Positions 24,302-34,676 of a stretch of 64,000 nt of DNA are shown here, piece by piece; the stretch's first letter is position 1, and the number at the start of each line of letters is the position of its first letter. Below the pieces are notes generated by a model, which was not told where the DNA came from, made no database searches, and was given only the letters and a program-made list of their open reading frames with translations. A program made the position numbers and the translations under genes. Source of the stretch: Acutalibacteraceae bacterium (GTDB lineage Bacteria > Bacillota > Clostridia > Oscillospirales > Acutalibacteraceae); NCBI GenBank assembly GCA_036309125.1, contig JAXJUJ010000112.1:1552-65551 (forward strand). Reading direction: 5' to 3'.

Positions 24302-25927
24302 TTATTTTTTCTTAGATTTTCTTGCTGCAATTTCAGCAACCATTTCACGCTGTCTCTTCTCAGTAACTGTGTAGAAGAACATAGGAACTGCACAAGCAAA
24401 CATACTGATTACACCTGAAAGGATAAGTACATCCCAGAGAGCATCAGGATTGTCTACTTCATATGTTCTTGTATTAATACCGGCAATCCAAATTGAAAGT
24501 ACACCGATAAACGCACCGACAGCCATACCGATCTTGTTGATAAGAGTCTGCATAGCAAAGCAGATACCTTCGCCTCTTTCACCAGTCTTCCACTCAAGGT
24601 AATCAACGGTATCACCGATCATAGCATATGTCATGATATTATTAACACCTTGTGGAATGCCAAGCAGAACCAAACCAATTGCGCATACAATAAGCTTCCA
24701 GGGCTTATCATAACCAACAAAATACATTGCTGTCATAATTATACCACCGAAAATATGAACTGCAACATATGACCATTTCTTTGTGAATTTCTTAGACATC
24801 CAGGGAACAAGGATAGATGCAACAAGTCCGCCCGGTACGACAAGAAGTGTGATAATACCATATAAGCCCTCGTTGTAAAGAATATACTTGGCAAAGTAAA
24901 GACCACCGGTATATGAATATACCATTCTTGCGCCGCCAAGAACACCAGAAAGAACAATAAGAAGAAGTTCTTTATTCTTGAAAAGGAGTTTGAGATTATG
25001 ACCAAAAGACGGAGGATTTTCATCAGATGTGAAGCGTTCCTTAGTGTTCTTGAATCCGTAGAAGAACATCGGAATAGCTAAAACAACAAGAACAACAGCG
25101 CTGATAAAGTAAACCCACTTAAGTGTATCAGCATTCTGAATTTCCATGCCCACTTTAACTGTACCAACAAAAGTCTGAATAGCTTCTTCTTTTGTAATAC
25201 CCTGATTAGCAACCATATTGAAGATAGCTTCAGCCTTATCAACAGCGATAAGTGCTTTATCCTCAATGGTATCAGCATATTTAAATTTTTCAGTAAGAGC
25301 ACCTGTGATCATCGGGATGAAAACAGTAACAATACCCGCACCTACTGTACAGAACATACGGGCAACAGTAAGGATGTTTCCTCGAACAGTTGTATCATTT
25401 GAAAGACAGGTTGACAATCCCCAATAAGGAACGTCAGCTATAGTGTAAACAACACTCCAAACAACATAAACTATAGCAATAGTGACAAATGTCTGAGTTG
25501 TCTGTGAACTATCATAAACATTCTCTGCACTGAAAACAGGAAGGAAGCAGAGAATTGTCATAATGCCGATCGGAATTGCCATCCATTTAAGATAAGGACG
25601 ACACTTACCCCATTTTGTACGTGTTTTATCAACAACCGAACCCATTATAGGATCATTGAATGCATCGAAAACTCGTGCTCCAAGCATAAGGATCGCAACT
25701 GCCATTGCACCTTCAAGCGCACCGACATAAACTCCGTCAGCACCAAAAAGAAGCGCATCAGTCATAAATACAGTTATGTATGAACCGATGATTGTACAAA
25801 TAAAGTTCTGACCAAAGCCGGCTACGCTATACGCTAAAGCCTCTTTAGGCTGAACTCCGACACCGGGTGTGGTGCCGAACAACGAATGTAAAGAAAACTT
25901 TTTCTTCATTACAAGACCTTCTTCCAC
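24302..25927 (-). CDS. glycoside-pentoside-hexuronide (GPH):cation symporter-like MFS transporter
   Basis: 541 aa, about 12 TM segments, DAFNDPIMGSVVD motif typical of the GPH family, and a central soluble insertion. Confidence 0.8.
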   Translation of the reverse strand: MEEGLVMKKKFSLHSLFGTTPGVGVQPKEALAYSVAGFGQNFICTIIGSYITVFMTDALLFGADGVYVGALEGAMAVAILMLGARVFDAFNDPIMGSVVDKTRTKWGKCRPYLKWMAIPIGIMTILCFLPVFSAENVYDSSQTTQTFVTIAIVYVVWSVVYTIADVPYWGLSTCLSNDTTVRGNILTVARMFCTVGAGIVTVFIPMITGALTEKFKYADTIEDKALIAVDKAEAIFNMVANQGITKEEAIQTFVGTVKVGMEIQNADTLKWVYFISAVVLVVLAIPMFFYGFKNTKERFTSDENPPSFGHNLKLLFKNKELLLIVLSGVLGGARMVYSYTGGLYFAKYILYNEGLYGIITLLVVPGGLVASILVPWMSKKFTKKWSYVAVHIFGGIIMTAMYFVGYDKPWKLIVCAIGLVLLGIPQGVNNIMTYAMIGDTVDYLEWKTGERGEGICFAMQTLINKIGMAVGAFIGVLSIWIAGINTRTYEVDNPDALWDVLILSGVISMFACAVPMFFYTVTEKRQREMVAEIAARKSKKK

Positions 25928-25980
25928 TAATTTTATTTATTTTAACACACATTAAACATATTTGTAAACACCAAAACGAA

Positions 25981-26016
25981 AAAACCTACCTTAATCACAA
26001 AATAATGGTAGGTTTT
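25981..26016. terminator. bidirectional terminator-like hairpin downstream of spoIIR
   Basis: AAAACCTACC / GGTAGGTTTT stems with a 16-nt loop, flanked by an A-rich run and a T-run. Confidence 0.6.
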
Positions 26017-26047
26017 TTATCTAAAACAGCTATATATTGTTTATCAG

Positions 26048-26656
26048 CTAATTGCAAATCTTATTTCTGAATTTTTCATATAATTCAATAATTTTAAATC
26101 TTGGTTCATACTCAGGTTTGCTATTCACAAGTTTGATTTCTTTTTCACTTAATGTTGTTTTCAATACATCCTCTTCGTCTGCCGCAGATACACACATCGG
26201 AGGAAACATTACACACCACCAATTTTTACCTTTACCCTCCCCTATTCTGACGATTAAAGAAAGATATTTCCCGGCCGGGAGTGTAACGGTTTCATATGTT
26301 CTTGTTTCAAAATATTCTTCATCTATACTTACGTCTACATTATAGTCAAAGCCATAATTTTCAACTACTCTTTCAGCAATTTCTTTAATATTGTTTATTT
26401 CAGGTGTAATTTTTTCGACTGCATTATCAACAGTTACTGTGCCATCAAAAATTTCTTCACTTTCATTAATTATGGCATCACGTACAGCTAACTTTAAATT
26501 CTGATCTACTGAAACATCAGAGTTAGCGATAACGTGCAGACGAAGAACACTTTCTCTTATATGTTCAGATGTCTGCGCAAATGAAATAACACTGAAAATG
26601 ATGCTCGTAACTATACCAATTGTAAGCGACAGTTCAATTTTTCTAAATAAAGACAT
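26048..26656 (-). CDS. spoIIR: stage II sporulation protein R
   Basis: 202 aa. Signal/TM segment followed by LRLHVIANSD and WWCVMFPPMC motifs characteristic of SpoIIR. Confidence 0.85.
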   Translation of the reverse strand: MSLFRKIELSLTIGIVTSIIFSVISFAQTSEHIRESVLRLHVIANSDVSVDQNLKLAVRDAIINESEEIFDGTVTVDNAVEKITPEINNIKEIAERVVENYGFDYNVDVSIDEEYFETRTYETVTLPAGKYLSLIVRIGEGKGKNWWCVMFPPMCVSAADEEDVLKTTLSEKEIKLVNSKPEYEPRFKIIELYEKFRNKICN

Positions 26657-26710
26657 ACAGTCAACTCCTCGTTTAATTGTTCAAACGAATTGTTGACTGT
26701 ATTAATTCAG

Positions 26711-27706
26711 TTATTCATATATCGAGAGAATTTCTCTAGTTTTTACAAGCAAAGCATCAGAAAGTTGCTTGGGAGAAAGCACTTTAACATCAGCACCATA
26801 CTGCATAATCCAACTGATAAGACCATTGCTCATTTCAACGTCAGCTTTAAAAGTAAAGTGTGATTCATCAAAAACTTTCAGAGGAATTTCATCACCGAAC
26901 TTTTCGAGAATATCATCAATAATATTATTGTTACAGCAGAGCTCAATCTCACCCGACTCGCCGGTAAACATATTGAATATCTTGTTAGAATAATCAGCAG
27001 TGTCAAATTTTTCTGTATATTTAGATACTTTTGAAAAATGCTTTGAGGCTGTATCCAACGGAACTATTTCACTGATCCTATCGAGTCTCAGGTGCATAAG
27101 GTTATTATATTTGTCATTATTACACACAAGATAATAATGATCGTTTGACCAGAGCAATGAGTATGGATTGATCAGAAAAACCTTGCCCTCCATTGTTTTG
27201 AGATATCTGTTCTCAAGTTTTCTTTTCGAATATGTAACCTGCACTTGTTTCGATTTCTTGATAGCTGTATCTAAAATTTTGATTATATCATAGAGGTCCT
27301 CTTTTTCAGACTTAAAGGTACTATCGACATAAATCTGTTCCCTAAGCTCTTCTTCCTGAAACTCGCTTAACAAGCTGCCTATTTTATAAATCAAAGCTTT
27401 TGTTTTCCTTGATGAAATAAACTTAGCAGCCTGAACAGCGTCAATCAGGAGTCTTACTTCTGCGATGTCAAACTTGCGGTCTTTAAGATAATATCCCCTC
27501 TTTGGACTTCTGACATTAACGATGTCCATACCGTATTCTTTAAGTGCTTCAATATCACTGTAAATAGATTTTCGTTCACAGTTAATGCTGTAATCCATAA
27601 GCAGATCACAAAGCTCATTTGCAGAATATACGTGATCTTTATCCGTCTGACGTGAAAAGATATCATGCAAAAACAGCAGTTTGATTTTGTTGAGTTCCTT
27701 ACCCAA
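26711..27706 (-). CDS. HTH plus WYL domain transcriptional regulator
   Basis: 331 aa. N-terminal wHTH-like region, then a central region with the HYYLV pattern of WYL domains, then a WCX-like C-terminus. Confidence 0.65.
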   Translation of the reverse strand: MGKELNKIKLLFLHDIFSRQTDKDHVYSANELCDLLMDYSINCERKSIYSDIEALKEYGMDIVNVRSPKRGYYLKDRKFDIAEVRLLIDAVQAAKFISSRKTKALIYKIGSLLSEFQEEELREQIYVDSTFKSEKEDLYDIIKILDTAIKKSKQVQVTYSKRKLENRYLKTMEGKVFLINPYSLLWSNDHYYLVCNNDKYNNLMHLRLDRISEIVPLDTASKHFSKVSKYTEKFDTADYSNKIFNMFTGESGEIELCCNNNIIDDILEKFGDEIPLKVFDESHFTFKADVEMSNGLISWIMQYGADVKVLSPKQLSDALLVKTREILSIYE

Positions 27707-27717
27707 TTACAAGCACC

Positions 27718-29472
27718 TCAATACTTCATCTTTTCGTTGATACTCTTGATAGTGTTTTCGTCAATTTTAATAAGTTCACGGTCATAGGTAAATATGCCGT
27801 TAACCTCAAATTCGACATCACTTACCTGAGTATAAACTGTTGCACAAAGACCTTTACTGATTTTCGGGATAATCTGACGTTCAAAAAGTCTCTCATATGC
27901 TTTCGTCAACGAAGTCTTATCCTTGAACATTATGTAGCCAAAGCTCTTCTTCGCATTCCACATATGATTTTCGATCTTTCTGCTGTATCCACCGAACTCA
28001 GTCAAAGCAAAAGGTCTTCCGTCATTTTTTCTCATTGTAACAGGAAGAATGTATCTGTGCATACTGTTAATTTCCGGACCACCCTGATCATGCCAACCAC
28101 TTGCATGGTCAACAATACGTGATGGATCATAAGCTTTTACTTGTTCACCGATTCTCTTAGCATCAAACTGACCCCAGGCTTCATTGAACGGAACCCAACA
28201 GCCGATAGACGGGAAATTATAAAGATTGTCAATTGTTTCGTACATTGCCTTTTCGTGCTCACGTCTGCATTCCTCGGGAGCAACCTTGAACAAAGCGTAA
28301 TTTGAGTCTTTTGCCTTTCTTATTCCGATATTCGGCAAGAAACCGACCACAAAATTATCAATCTTTTCAGCACCGCAGACCATATCCTGCCATACTATCA
28401 TACCGAGTCTGTCACAATGATAGTACCAACGCTGAGGCTCAACCTTGATATGCTTTCTGAGCATATTGAATCCAAGGTCTTTCATAGCTTTTATATCAAA
28501 TATAAGTGCCTCATCACACGGAGCTGTAAGACCACCGTCACTCCAGTAGCCCTGATCGAGAAGTCCGTTCTGGAAATAAGGCTTATTATTAAGACACAGG
28601 CGAGGAATACGCTTATCGTCATATCCGATACTGAACTTTCTCATTCCAAAATAACTTGTTACAGCGTCAAGGATAGTTCCGTCAGCACTGCAAAGAGCTA
28701 ATGCTATGTCATAAAGGAACGGGTCCTCAGGACTCCACAAACGAGGATTCGGTATTTTTATCATCGCTTCGGATCTGTCGATTTCACCGGCAAAAACAAT
28801 ACGGTCTCCTTCTTTAACAATAGCCTTTATCGTAGCTTCACCATTAAAATTTGTTGTAAGCTTTACAATACCATTATCTATGTCAGGAGTTATCTTAAGA
28901 CTTTTAACATATACCTCCTCAACAGGTTCAAGCCATACAGTCTGCCAGATACCACTTGTAGCAGTATACCAGAACCCTTTACTTTCACGAACCTGTTTAC
29001 CTCTGTCCTGCCAGTTAGCATCAGTGGGGTCATATACACGTACAATAAGTTCATTCTCACCATCAATGATAGCATCAGAAATATCTGCAGAAAAAGGAAC
29101 ATAACCACCGGTATGCTCAGCGACAAGATTTTTGTTAATATAAACCTTACATTTCCAGTCAACCGCACCAAAATTAATAATGCATTTCTTTCCTGCAAAA
29201 GAATTCTTAAGAATAAACTTTTTTCTGTACCACAAAAAATTATCCGGTTCTATAGTCTTATTTACGCCTGAAAGATAACATTCCGGCGCAAACGGAACAA
29301 TAATTTCACCATCATAATTCTCAGGAAAAGCTTCATCAAGGCCGGTAATAGCATACTCGAATCTACCGTTAAGATTCTGCCATTCACTTCTTACCAACTG
29401 TGGTCTCGGATATTCAGGAAGCGGACAATCAAGATCAACTTCATCTGTCCATCGAGTTTTCATTTCAATCAT
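27718..29472 (-). CDS. glycoside hydrolase family 2 protein
   Basis: 584 aa. GH2 sugar-binding-domain signatures (WYRKKF, GAVDWKCKVYINK, VRVYDPTD), NMLRKH and WQD...NEAWG catalytic-region motifs. Confidence 0.85.
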   Translation of the reverse strand: MIEMKTRWTDEVDLDCPLPEYPRPQLVRSEWQNLNGRFEYAITGLDEAFPENYDGEIIVPFAPECYLSGVNKTIEPDNFLWYRKKFILKNSFAGKKCIINFGAVDWKCKVYINKNLVAEHTGGYVPFSADISDAIIDGENELIVRVYDPTDANWQDRGKQVRESKGFWYTATSGIWQTVWLEPVEEVYVKSLKITPDIDNGIVKLTTNFNGEATIKAIVKEGDRIVFAGEIDRSEAMIKIPNPRLWSPEDPFLYDIALALCSADGTILDAVTSYFGMRKFSIGYDDKRIPRLCLNNKPYFQNGLLDQGYWSDGGLTAPCDEALIFDIKAMKDLGFNMLRKHIKVEPQRWYYHCDRLGMIVWQDMVCGAEKIDNFVVGFLPNIGIRKAKDSNYALFKVAPEECRREHEKAMYETIDNLYNFPSIGCWVPFNEAWGQFDAKRIGEQVKAYDPSRIVDHASGWHDQGGPEINSMHRYILPVTMRKNDGRPFALTEFGGYSRKIENHMWNAKKSFGYIMFKDKTSLTKAYERLFERQIIPKISKGLCATVYTQVSDVEFEVNGIFTYDRELIKIDENTIKSINEKMKY

Positions 29473-29819
29473 TGTTTCATCTCCAAACTACTAAATTGTT
29501 TCAAAGCATTTGTTTCAGCATCATTAAGCCATAACTCCGCCTCAGAAATTCCCTGGGGAGAAGCTTCAAAGGTTTTTTCATTAATGATTTCTTTATCAGT
29601 AGAATCATATGAATACTCACCAAGATAGTGAGCTGCATGTAAAATCAGACCATCATCAGTCTTATTCAACCAGACACGACATCTGAAGGTTTTCAAAGAA
29701 TTGTTTCCGTAAAAAGGGTCACATCCTGCAGAGCCGGAATAGATATTACCATCACCACGAAAAGGTATATTCCCTAAAAACCATATATAGTTGGGTAACT
29801 TTACCATTTTACACCTCAA
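29469..29819 (-). CDS. hypothetical protein
   Basis: 116-aa ORF overlapping the start of the downstream GH2 gene by 4 nt. No recognisable motif. Confidence 0.5.
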   Translation of the reverse strand: MRCKMVKLPNYIWFLGNIPFRGDGNIYSGSAGCDPFYGNNSLKTFRCRVWLNKTDDGLILHAAHYLGEYSYDSTDKEIINEKTFEASPQGISEAELWLNDAETNALKQFSSLEMKQ

Positions 29820-29821
29820 TA

Positions 29822-30838
29822 TTATTTGCGAAGAATCTTCGTTTTAAGATTTAAAAACTTAAACATAATAAATATATATAATGGTTTCTTCTTCCTGATA
29901 AATTTATCTAGCATTTCGTCAATCTTATTTTTGAAAGTTACATATTCATCGCTCGAAACATAAAGCGAATAGAACGTATCATTTTCAAGAATACGCCTGA
30001 TATAACTGATAGCATCTCTTCCCTTCAGGTAGGTCCCTGCGGTTTTAATAGCAAAAAAACTTTTAAACAAAAAAGATGATATAAGCCATTTTTCTAACAG
30101 CTTATTGCTATAGCCTGAATCATTAAAGTACTCTTTTTTCCATTCAAAAATAAACAGAAATGTTTCAAAAGATTTCGGAACAACCGACGTTGAGTTTAAT
30201 TTGTTGATAAAGTAGTAGTAAACTGCTTCATCAACAATCGATAAGGTTTTGCAAAACCTGAGATAAGTGAACACAAAAACCATATCTTCTGCAAATTTTC
30301 TTCCGGGTGGAAAAAATATATTATTTTCAATGATAATATCGCGTTTAAATAGCTTAGCCCAACAAGTGTAAAAGTAGTTGTTCGATGAAGCAAGAGCATC
30401 TTCAAGCGACTCAGATATTTCTGTGATATAACAATTACCTGCCTTGAGATAAGCATCAATACCAACAACATCAGAATCGTTCGACTTATGCTCTGCGCAA
30501 ATCAAATCAGCTTCACCATATTTAAAGAATTTGGTGAAAACATCATCAAGAAGATAATCATCACTGTCAATAAAGCAAATCCATTCTCCATTTGCGCACT
30601 TTATACCGCTATTTCGAGCAACAGAAACACCTGAATTTTCCTGGTGAATAACCTTGATGTTCGTGAACCTCTCCGCATACTCATCACAGATTGCAGAAGA
30701 ACCGTCAGTTGATCCGTCATCGACAAGAATCAATTCAATCTGCTCGAATTCAGGTTGTTTAACAACAGATTCAATTGCACCTTCAAGCATACTAAAACAG
30801 TTGTAAACAGGGATAATTATTGAAAACTTAATATTCAT
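29822..30838 (-). CDS. glycosyltransferase family 2
   Basis: 338 aa. SIIIPVYN, VDDGSTD and DSDD motifs. Confidence 0.9.
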   Translation of the reverse strand: MNIKFSIIIPVYNCFSMLEGAIESVVKQPEFEQIELILVDDGSTDGSSAICDEYAERFTNIKVIHQENSGVSVARNSGIKCANGEWICFIDSDDYLLDDVFTKFFKYGEADLICAEHKSNDSDVVGIDAYLKAGNCYITEISESLEDALASSNNYFYTCWAKLFKRDIIIENNIFFPPGRKFAEDMVFVFTYLRFCKTLSIVDEAVYYYFINKLNSTSVVPKSFETFLFIFEWKKEYFNDSGYSNKLLEKWLISSFLFKSFFAIKTAGTYLKGRDAISYIRRILENDTFYSLYVSSDEYVTFKNKIDEMLDKFIRKKKPLYIFIMFKFLNLKTKILRK

Positions 30839-30850
30839 CAGAACACAACC

Positions 30851-32515
30851 TTAATTATCCGTAAATTTTTTAAATAACGCCTCAAGTCCTGAACTTTCTT
30901 CAGCTTCAGGTTCATTTTTTTCATCAACCGTACTATTAACTGACGGTTTTAAACTGTCAACCTTATAAACAAACATAACAGACGATGTCATATTGCTTGA
31001 TTTACTTGTGAAGATTGTATAACGCTTTCCGAGTTCAATCCAAGCAGTCATTTTAGCTGTAATTTCATCAGCATCGCCCGTAATGGTAGCGAACTGAGAT
31101 ATACCTCCAGCAGCAAGTGAACCTTCGAAACTTGAAATTGTAGATTCAATTGTTGAAAGTGCATCACTCTGAGCTAAAATCTGAAGAGCGTCGATCAAAT
31201 CTCTGTTTTCATCCACAGCCTTCTGAAGTTCAGACAATGTAGCAACTGTCTGTGGCAAATTTTTGATTGCCTTCTGCACCTGAGGATCATTAAGATCTTC
31301 TGACATCTGTCTTAAAAGATCGAGACCTTCCTGAATTTTGGTTGCACTAGCCTCATCGCCAAAAATGCTGTTAATTACACCCAACGCATCCTCAAGACCA
31401 TCAAAATCAGCCGAAGAAATATACTCAGTTAACATCTGTATAGTCTGCATATTCTGCGGTGTTGCAAAGTTATCAAGAAAATCAAGGAGTGCTTTATTCT
31501 CATCATACAAAGAAGCAGCTCTGCCCACAAGATCACTTAATTCGCTGATTTTATTAGGATTTGATGTAAGAGTTGTCAGAAGCTGATCGGCATCTATACT
31601 CTGCAGACTCTGCTGGATTGTGCTTAATTTTGAAAGATTTTCTCTAACATCATCCATAGAAGTAGAGATCGAGTTAAGTCCGATATCAAGGGATGCAATC
31701 GGAAGAGCTGAAAACATAAAGTTTCCGATTTCAAACTCCGATACATCTGCGGAGATTACAAAAGAATCATTAAAACTGTATTGTATATCAGTTCCGGTAG
31801 ACTGAGTAATATCAGTCAGGCCGAGACTTTCGTTAATTCCTGGGAAACCTACCAAAACAGCAAACTGTGTATTACCGTTACCCACAGTCTTACCATTCAT
31901 AACACTGATGTTCTGGAATTTATTTTCGCTCAAAGCGACACCGCCGACAACAATCATTGGTGTATACATAACCATCTCACGACCGTTAACTTTAACAGTT
32001 TCGGACTTTGTATTTTTCATTTTAACTACGATCTCAACATGTCCGCTTTTTCCGACGAGCTCTTCTGCAGAAACAGAAGTACCATTAAGGAAATATGTAA
32101 ACTCAAATTCAAGCGGTAACGGAGCTGTTGATGTGCCCTGATAGTACAGATCTGTTGTGTCCATATACCATCTGAGATTCTGTCCTGAAACATCAGGAAC
32201 TGAATCATCCTTAATATTTTCAATCTGAGAGAGATTGGTAATATCGTCGACATATACCTGACTCTGTGTGGTGTGAATCCAGTCACTTACTATTGTCTGG
32301 GTAGCTTTTCCGTAATTATCAAGATTTACATAAACTGTTTCACTCTTTTTAACAAGACCGGCCGGAGTTGAATACTTGACCTGATTTGTTTCCATCGGAA
32401 CCGTACTCTCAGGCTCTTCAATATTACTGCAAGAACAAAGAAACAGCATTACAGCCACAAGTATTAAACTTGCAATTCTTTTAAAAACTTTCATTTGTAT
32501 TTTCCTCACAATCAT
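30851..32515 (-). CDS. putative lipoprotein with a coiled-coil-rich middle region, partner of the MMPL transporter
   Basis: 554 aa. Lipobox LFLCSC after a hydrophobic segment, so the real start is probably MKVFKR at 32494. It overlaps the 3' end of the MMPL gene. Confidence 0.65.
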   Translation of the reverse strand: MIVRKIQMKVFKRIASLILVAVMLFLCSCSNIEEPESTVPMETNQVKYSTPAGLVKKSETVYVNLDNYGKATQTIVSDWIHTTQSQVYVDDITNLSQIENIKDDSVPDVSGQNLRWYMDTTDLYYQGTSTAPLPLEFEFTYFLNGTSVSAEELVGKSGHVEIVVKMKNTKSETVKVNGREMVMYTPMIVVGGVALSENKFQNISVMNGKTVGNGNTQFAVLVGFPGINESLGLTDITQSTGTDIQYSFNDSFVISADVSEFEIGNFMFSALPIASLDIGLNSISTSMDDVRENLSKLSTIQQSLQSIDADQLLTTLTSNPNKISELSDLVGRAASLYDENKALLDFLDNFATPQNMQTIQMLTEYISSADFDGLEDALGVINSIFGDEASATKIQEGLDLLRQMSEDLNDPQVQKAIKNLPQTVATLSELQKAVDENRDLIDALQILAQSDALSTIESTISSFEGSLAAGGISQFATITGDADEITAKMTAWIELGKRYTIFTSKSSNMTSSVMFVYKVDSLKPSVNSTVDEKNEPEAEESSGLEALFKKFTDN

Positions 32516-34676
32516 TTACATAGGATGTTACATTTTCTTCATTTACTCTGAATGCAGGAGGTTGAACTAAAAATTCCGAAGCAATTTCAGGATTTTTCTC
32601 ACCAGACCATCCTTTTGTTGTTTTTGAAATAACTTTTTCAAAAACAATCAACAACGGTGTAAGTACAAATATAATTATCAATGCACTTATAATTGATCCT
32701 CGTGCAAGAAGCGCACAAAGCTCTTTGACAATCGATATACTTGAAACCAAATAAACACCAATTGTAACGAAGAAGAATATTACAGCACTTTGGAAAACAG
32801 AATGAATCGATTCTGTCGCAGCTTTTTTCATAGCAGTAAATTTATCTTTACCCGTTCTTATCTCTTCTTTAAATCTTGAAGTCAATAAAATCGCGTAATC
32901 AACCGTAGCTCCAAGCTGAACACAAGAAATTACTGTCGGAGCAAAGAAAGAAATCGGAGTTCCGAATATTGTTGATATTGATTCATTGATAAAAATCGCA
33001 AATTCAATAGAAAGAATCAGAATCACAGGTATAGAAATTGATTTAAAGATAAAAGCAATAACTATAAATATCGCTAAAATCGAAATTATACTAGTTACCG
33101 TAAAGTCTGTAACCGTTATATCGACCATATCGCTGTACATTGCACCTTCACCTGTAATATAGGCGTTGGAATCGTATTCTTTTACTATCGAATACATTGA
33201 TGCAACCTGTTCATTTGAAGGCTCTGTAGCAGCTTCATAGGCAGAGTTAACAAGCATAACCTGATATCCGCCCTGTTTAATTATTTCAGTAATTCCGTCA
33301 GGTATTATTGAATCAGGTATTGAAGAGCCAACAAACTGATTGTATGCAATCATAGAAGTTACACCATCAAGATTGTTAATTCTGTTTTCCATTTCAATTA
33401 ACTTTTCAGCTGAAACAGAGTCATCAACTACAATAAAATGAGTTGTAGTCATATTAAATTCATCTTTTAATGTATCAAGTGCGACTACTGAATCAAGATC
33501 ATCCGGCAACGTGGCAGTAATATTATAATATTTTTTTACATTTACAGCCAGAAGAACAGCCGGTATCATAAGAACAGCAAAAACAGCTGTGAACAATTTG
33601 CTATGTTTTATTGAGAAGTCAATTGTTCTTTTAAAGGTCGGAATAAAAGTTTTATGTGTCTTACTGCTTATAGCTTTATCAAAAACTAAAAGATAAGCCG
33701 GCAAAATCAATATAACTGATAACACACCGATAACGACACCCTTAACCATAACGATACCGATATTGAAGCCGAGTGTCAGTTGCATAAAACAGAGCGCTAA
33801 AAAGCCGAAAACTGTTGTTACTGAACTTCCGAAAAGCGACGTTAAAGATACTTTTAATGTGCGTGCCATAGCCTCTTCTTTTGTCAGGCACAATTGTTTT
33901 TCCTCTTTAAATCTGTTAATAACAAAAATCGAGTAATCCATTGTAACCGCAAGCTGAAGAATTGCTGCCACACACTGAGTAATATACGATACACCACCGA
34001 TCATCCAGTTTGATCCCATATTGTATATTACAGTTAAGCCAAGAACAAACGTCATAATAAACGGCAGCAAGAATGATTCCATTGTTAACAGCATTATAAT
34101 AATGATAAAAACAACAGCTAATGCAATATAAATGGGTAGTTCACTCGTCGTGAGTCTCTGTGTATCAGCATTGATCGGTGTAAGACCACTGAGCAAACAA
34201 TGCTTACCGGTAACATCTTTGATTTCGTTTACAGCATCAATTGTATCTTTTGATGTACACTCAGGTGAAAACTGAACAAACATCATAGTATAATTACCAT
34301 TTTCACTGTAAAACACATTTCTTATCTCATCAGGAAGTATATCAGCCGGTATACTCGTATCAATCAGATCGTCATACCAAAGCACTGAAGAAACGTTTTC
34401 AATCTCAGAAATTTTGTTTTTTAACTGAACAACCTTCTTAGGTTGCATATTTTCAACAATAACCATCGTTGTTGAGTCAACATTATAAACATCACTTAAC
34501 ACCTGCTGACCCTTTACCGAATCAAGCTTGTCCGGTAAATATGAAAGGATATCATAATTTACATCAGTAAAAACATATCCAATCAAAGAAGGTATAAGTA
34601 AAATTAAAGAAAATACTATAATCAACTTAGGTCTTTTAGTAACAAATTTTGCAATTCTTTCCATAAATACTCCCAA
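32481..34676 (-). CDS. MMPL/RND-superfamily membrane transporter
   Basis: 731 aa. Two repeats, each with about 6 TM segments plus a large extracytoplasmic loop. MDYSIF and VDYAIL motifs. Confidence 0.85.
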   Translation of the reverse strand: MGVFMERIAKFVTKRPKLIIVFSLILLIPSLIGYVFTDVNYDILSYLPDKLDSVKGQQVLSDVYNVDSTTMVIVENMQPKKVVQLKNKISEIENVSSVLWYDDLIDTSIPADILPDEIRNVFYSENGNYTMMFVQFSPECTSKDTIDAVNEIKDVTGKHCLLSGLTPINADTQRLTTSELPIYIALAVVFIIIIMLLTMESFLLPFIMTFVLGLTVIYNMGSNWMIGGVSYITQCVAAILQLAVTMDYSIFVINRFKEEKQLCLTKEEAMARTLKVSLTSLFGSSVTTVFGFLALCFMQLTLGFNIGIVMVKGVVIGVLSVILILPAYLLVFDKAISSKTHKTFIPTFKRTIDFSIKHSKLFTAVFAVLMIPAVLLAVNVKKYYNITATLPDDLDSVVALDTLKDEFNMTTTHFIVVDDSVSAEKLIEMENRINNLDGVTSMIAYNQFVGSSIPDSIIPDGITEIIKQGGYQVMLVNSAYEAATEPSNEQVASMYSIVKEYDSNAYITGEGAMYSDMVDITVTDFTVTSIISILAIFIVIAFIFKSISIPVILILSIEFAIFINESISTIFGTPISFFAPTVISCVQLGATVDYAILLTSRFKEEIRTGKDKFTAMKKAATESIHSVFQSAVIFFFVTIGVYLVSSISIVKELCALLARGSIISALIIIFVLTPLLIVFEKVISKTTKGWSGEKNPEIASEFLVQPPAFRVNEENVTSYVNDCEENTNESF

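Noticed and set aside
26711-30838. WYL-domain regulator neighbourhood as a possible defence locus
   Set aside because: The neighbours are a GH2 glycosidase, a GT2 transferase and a sugar transporter/deacetylase. No nuclease, helicase, methyltransferase or other defence-type genes are present, so ordinary carbohydrate-metabolism regulation is the simpler reading.
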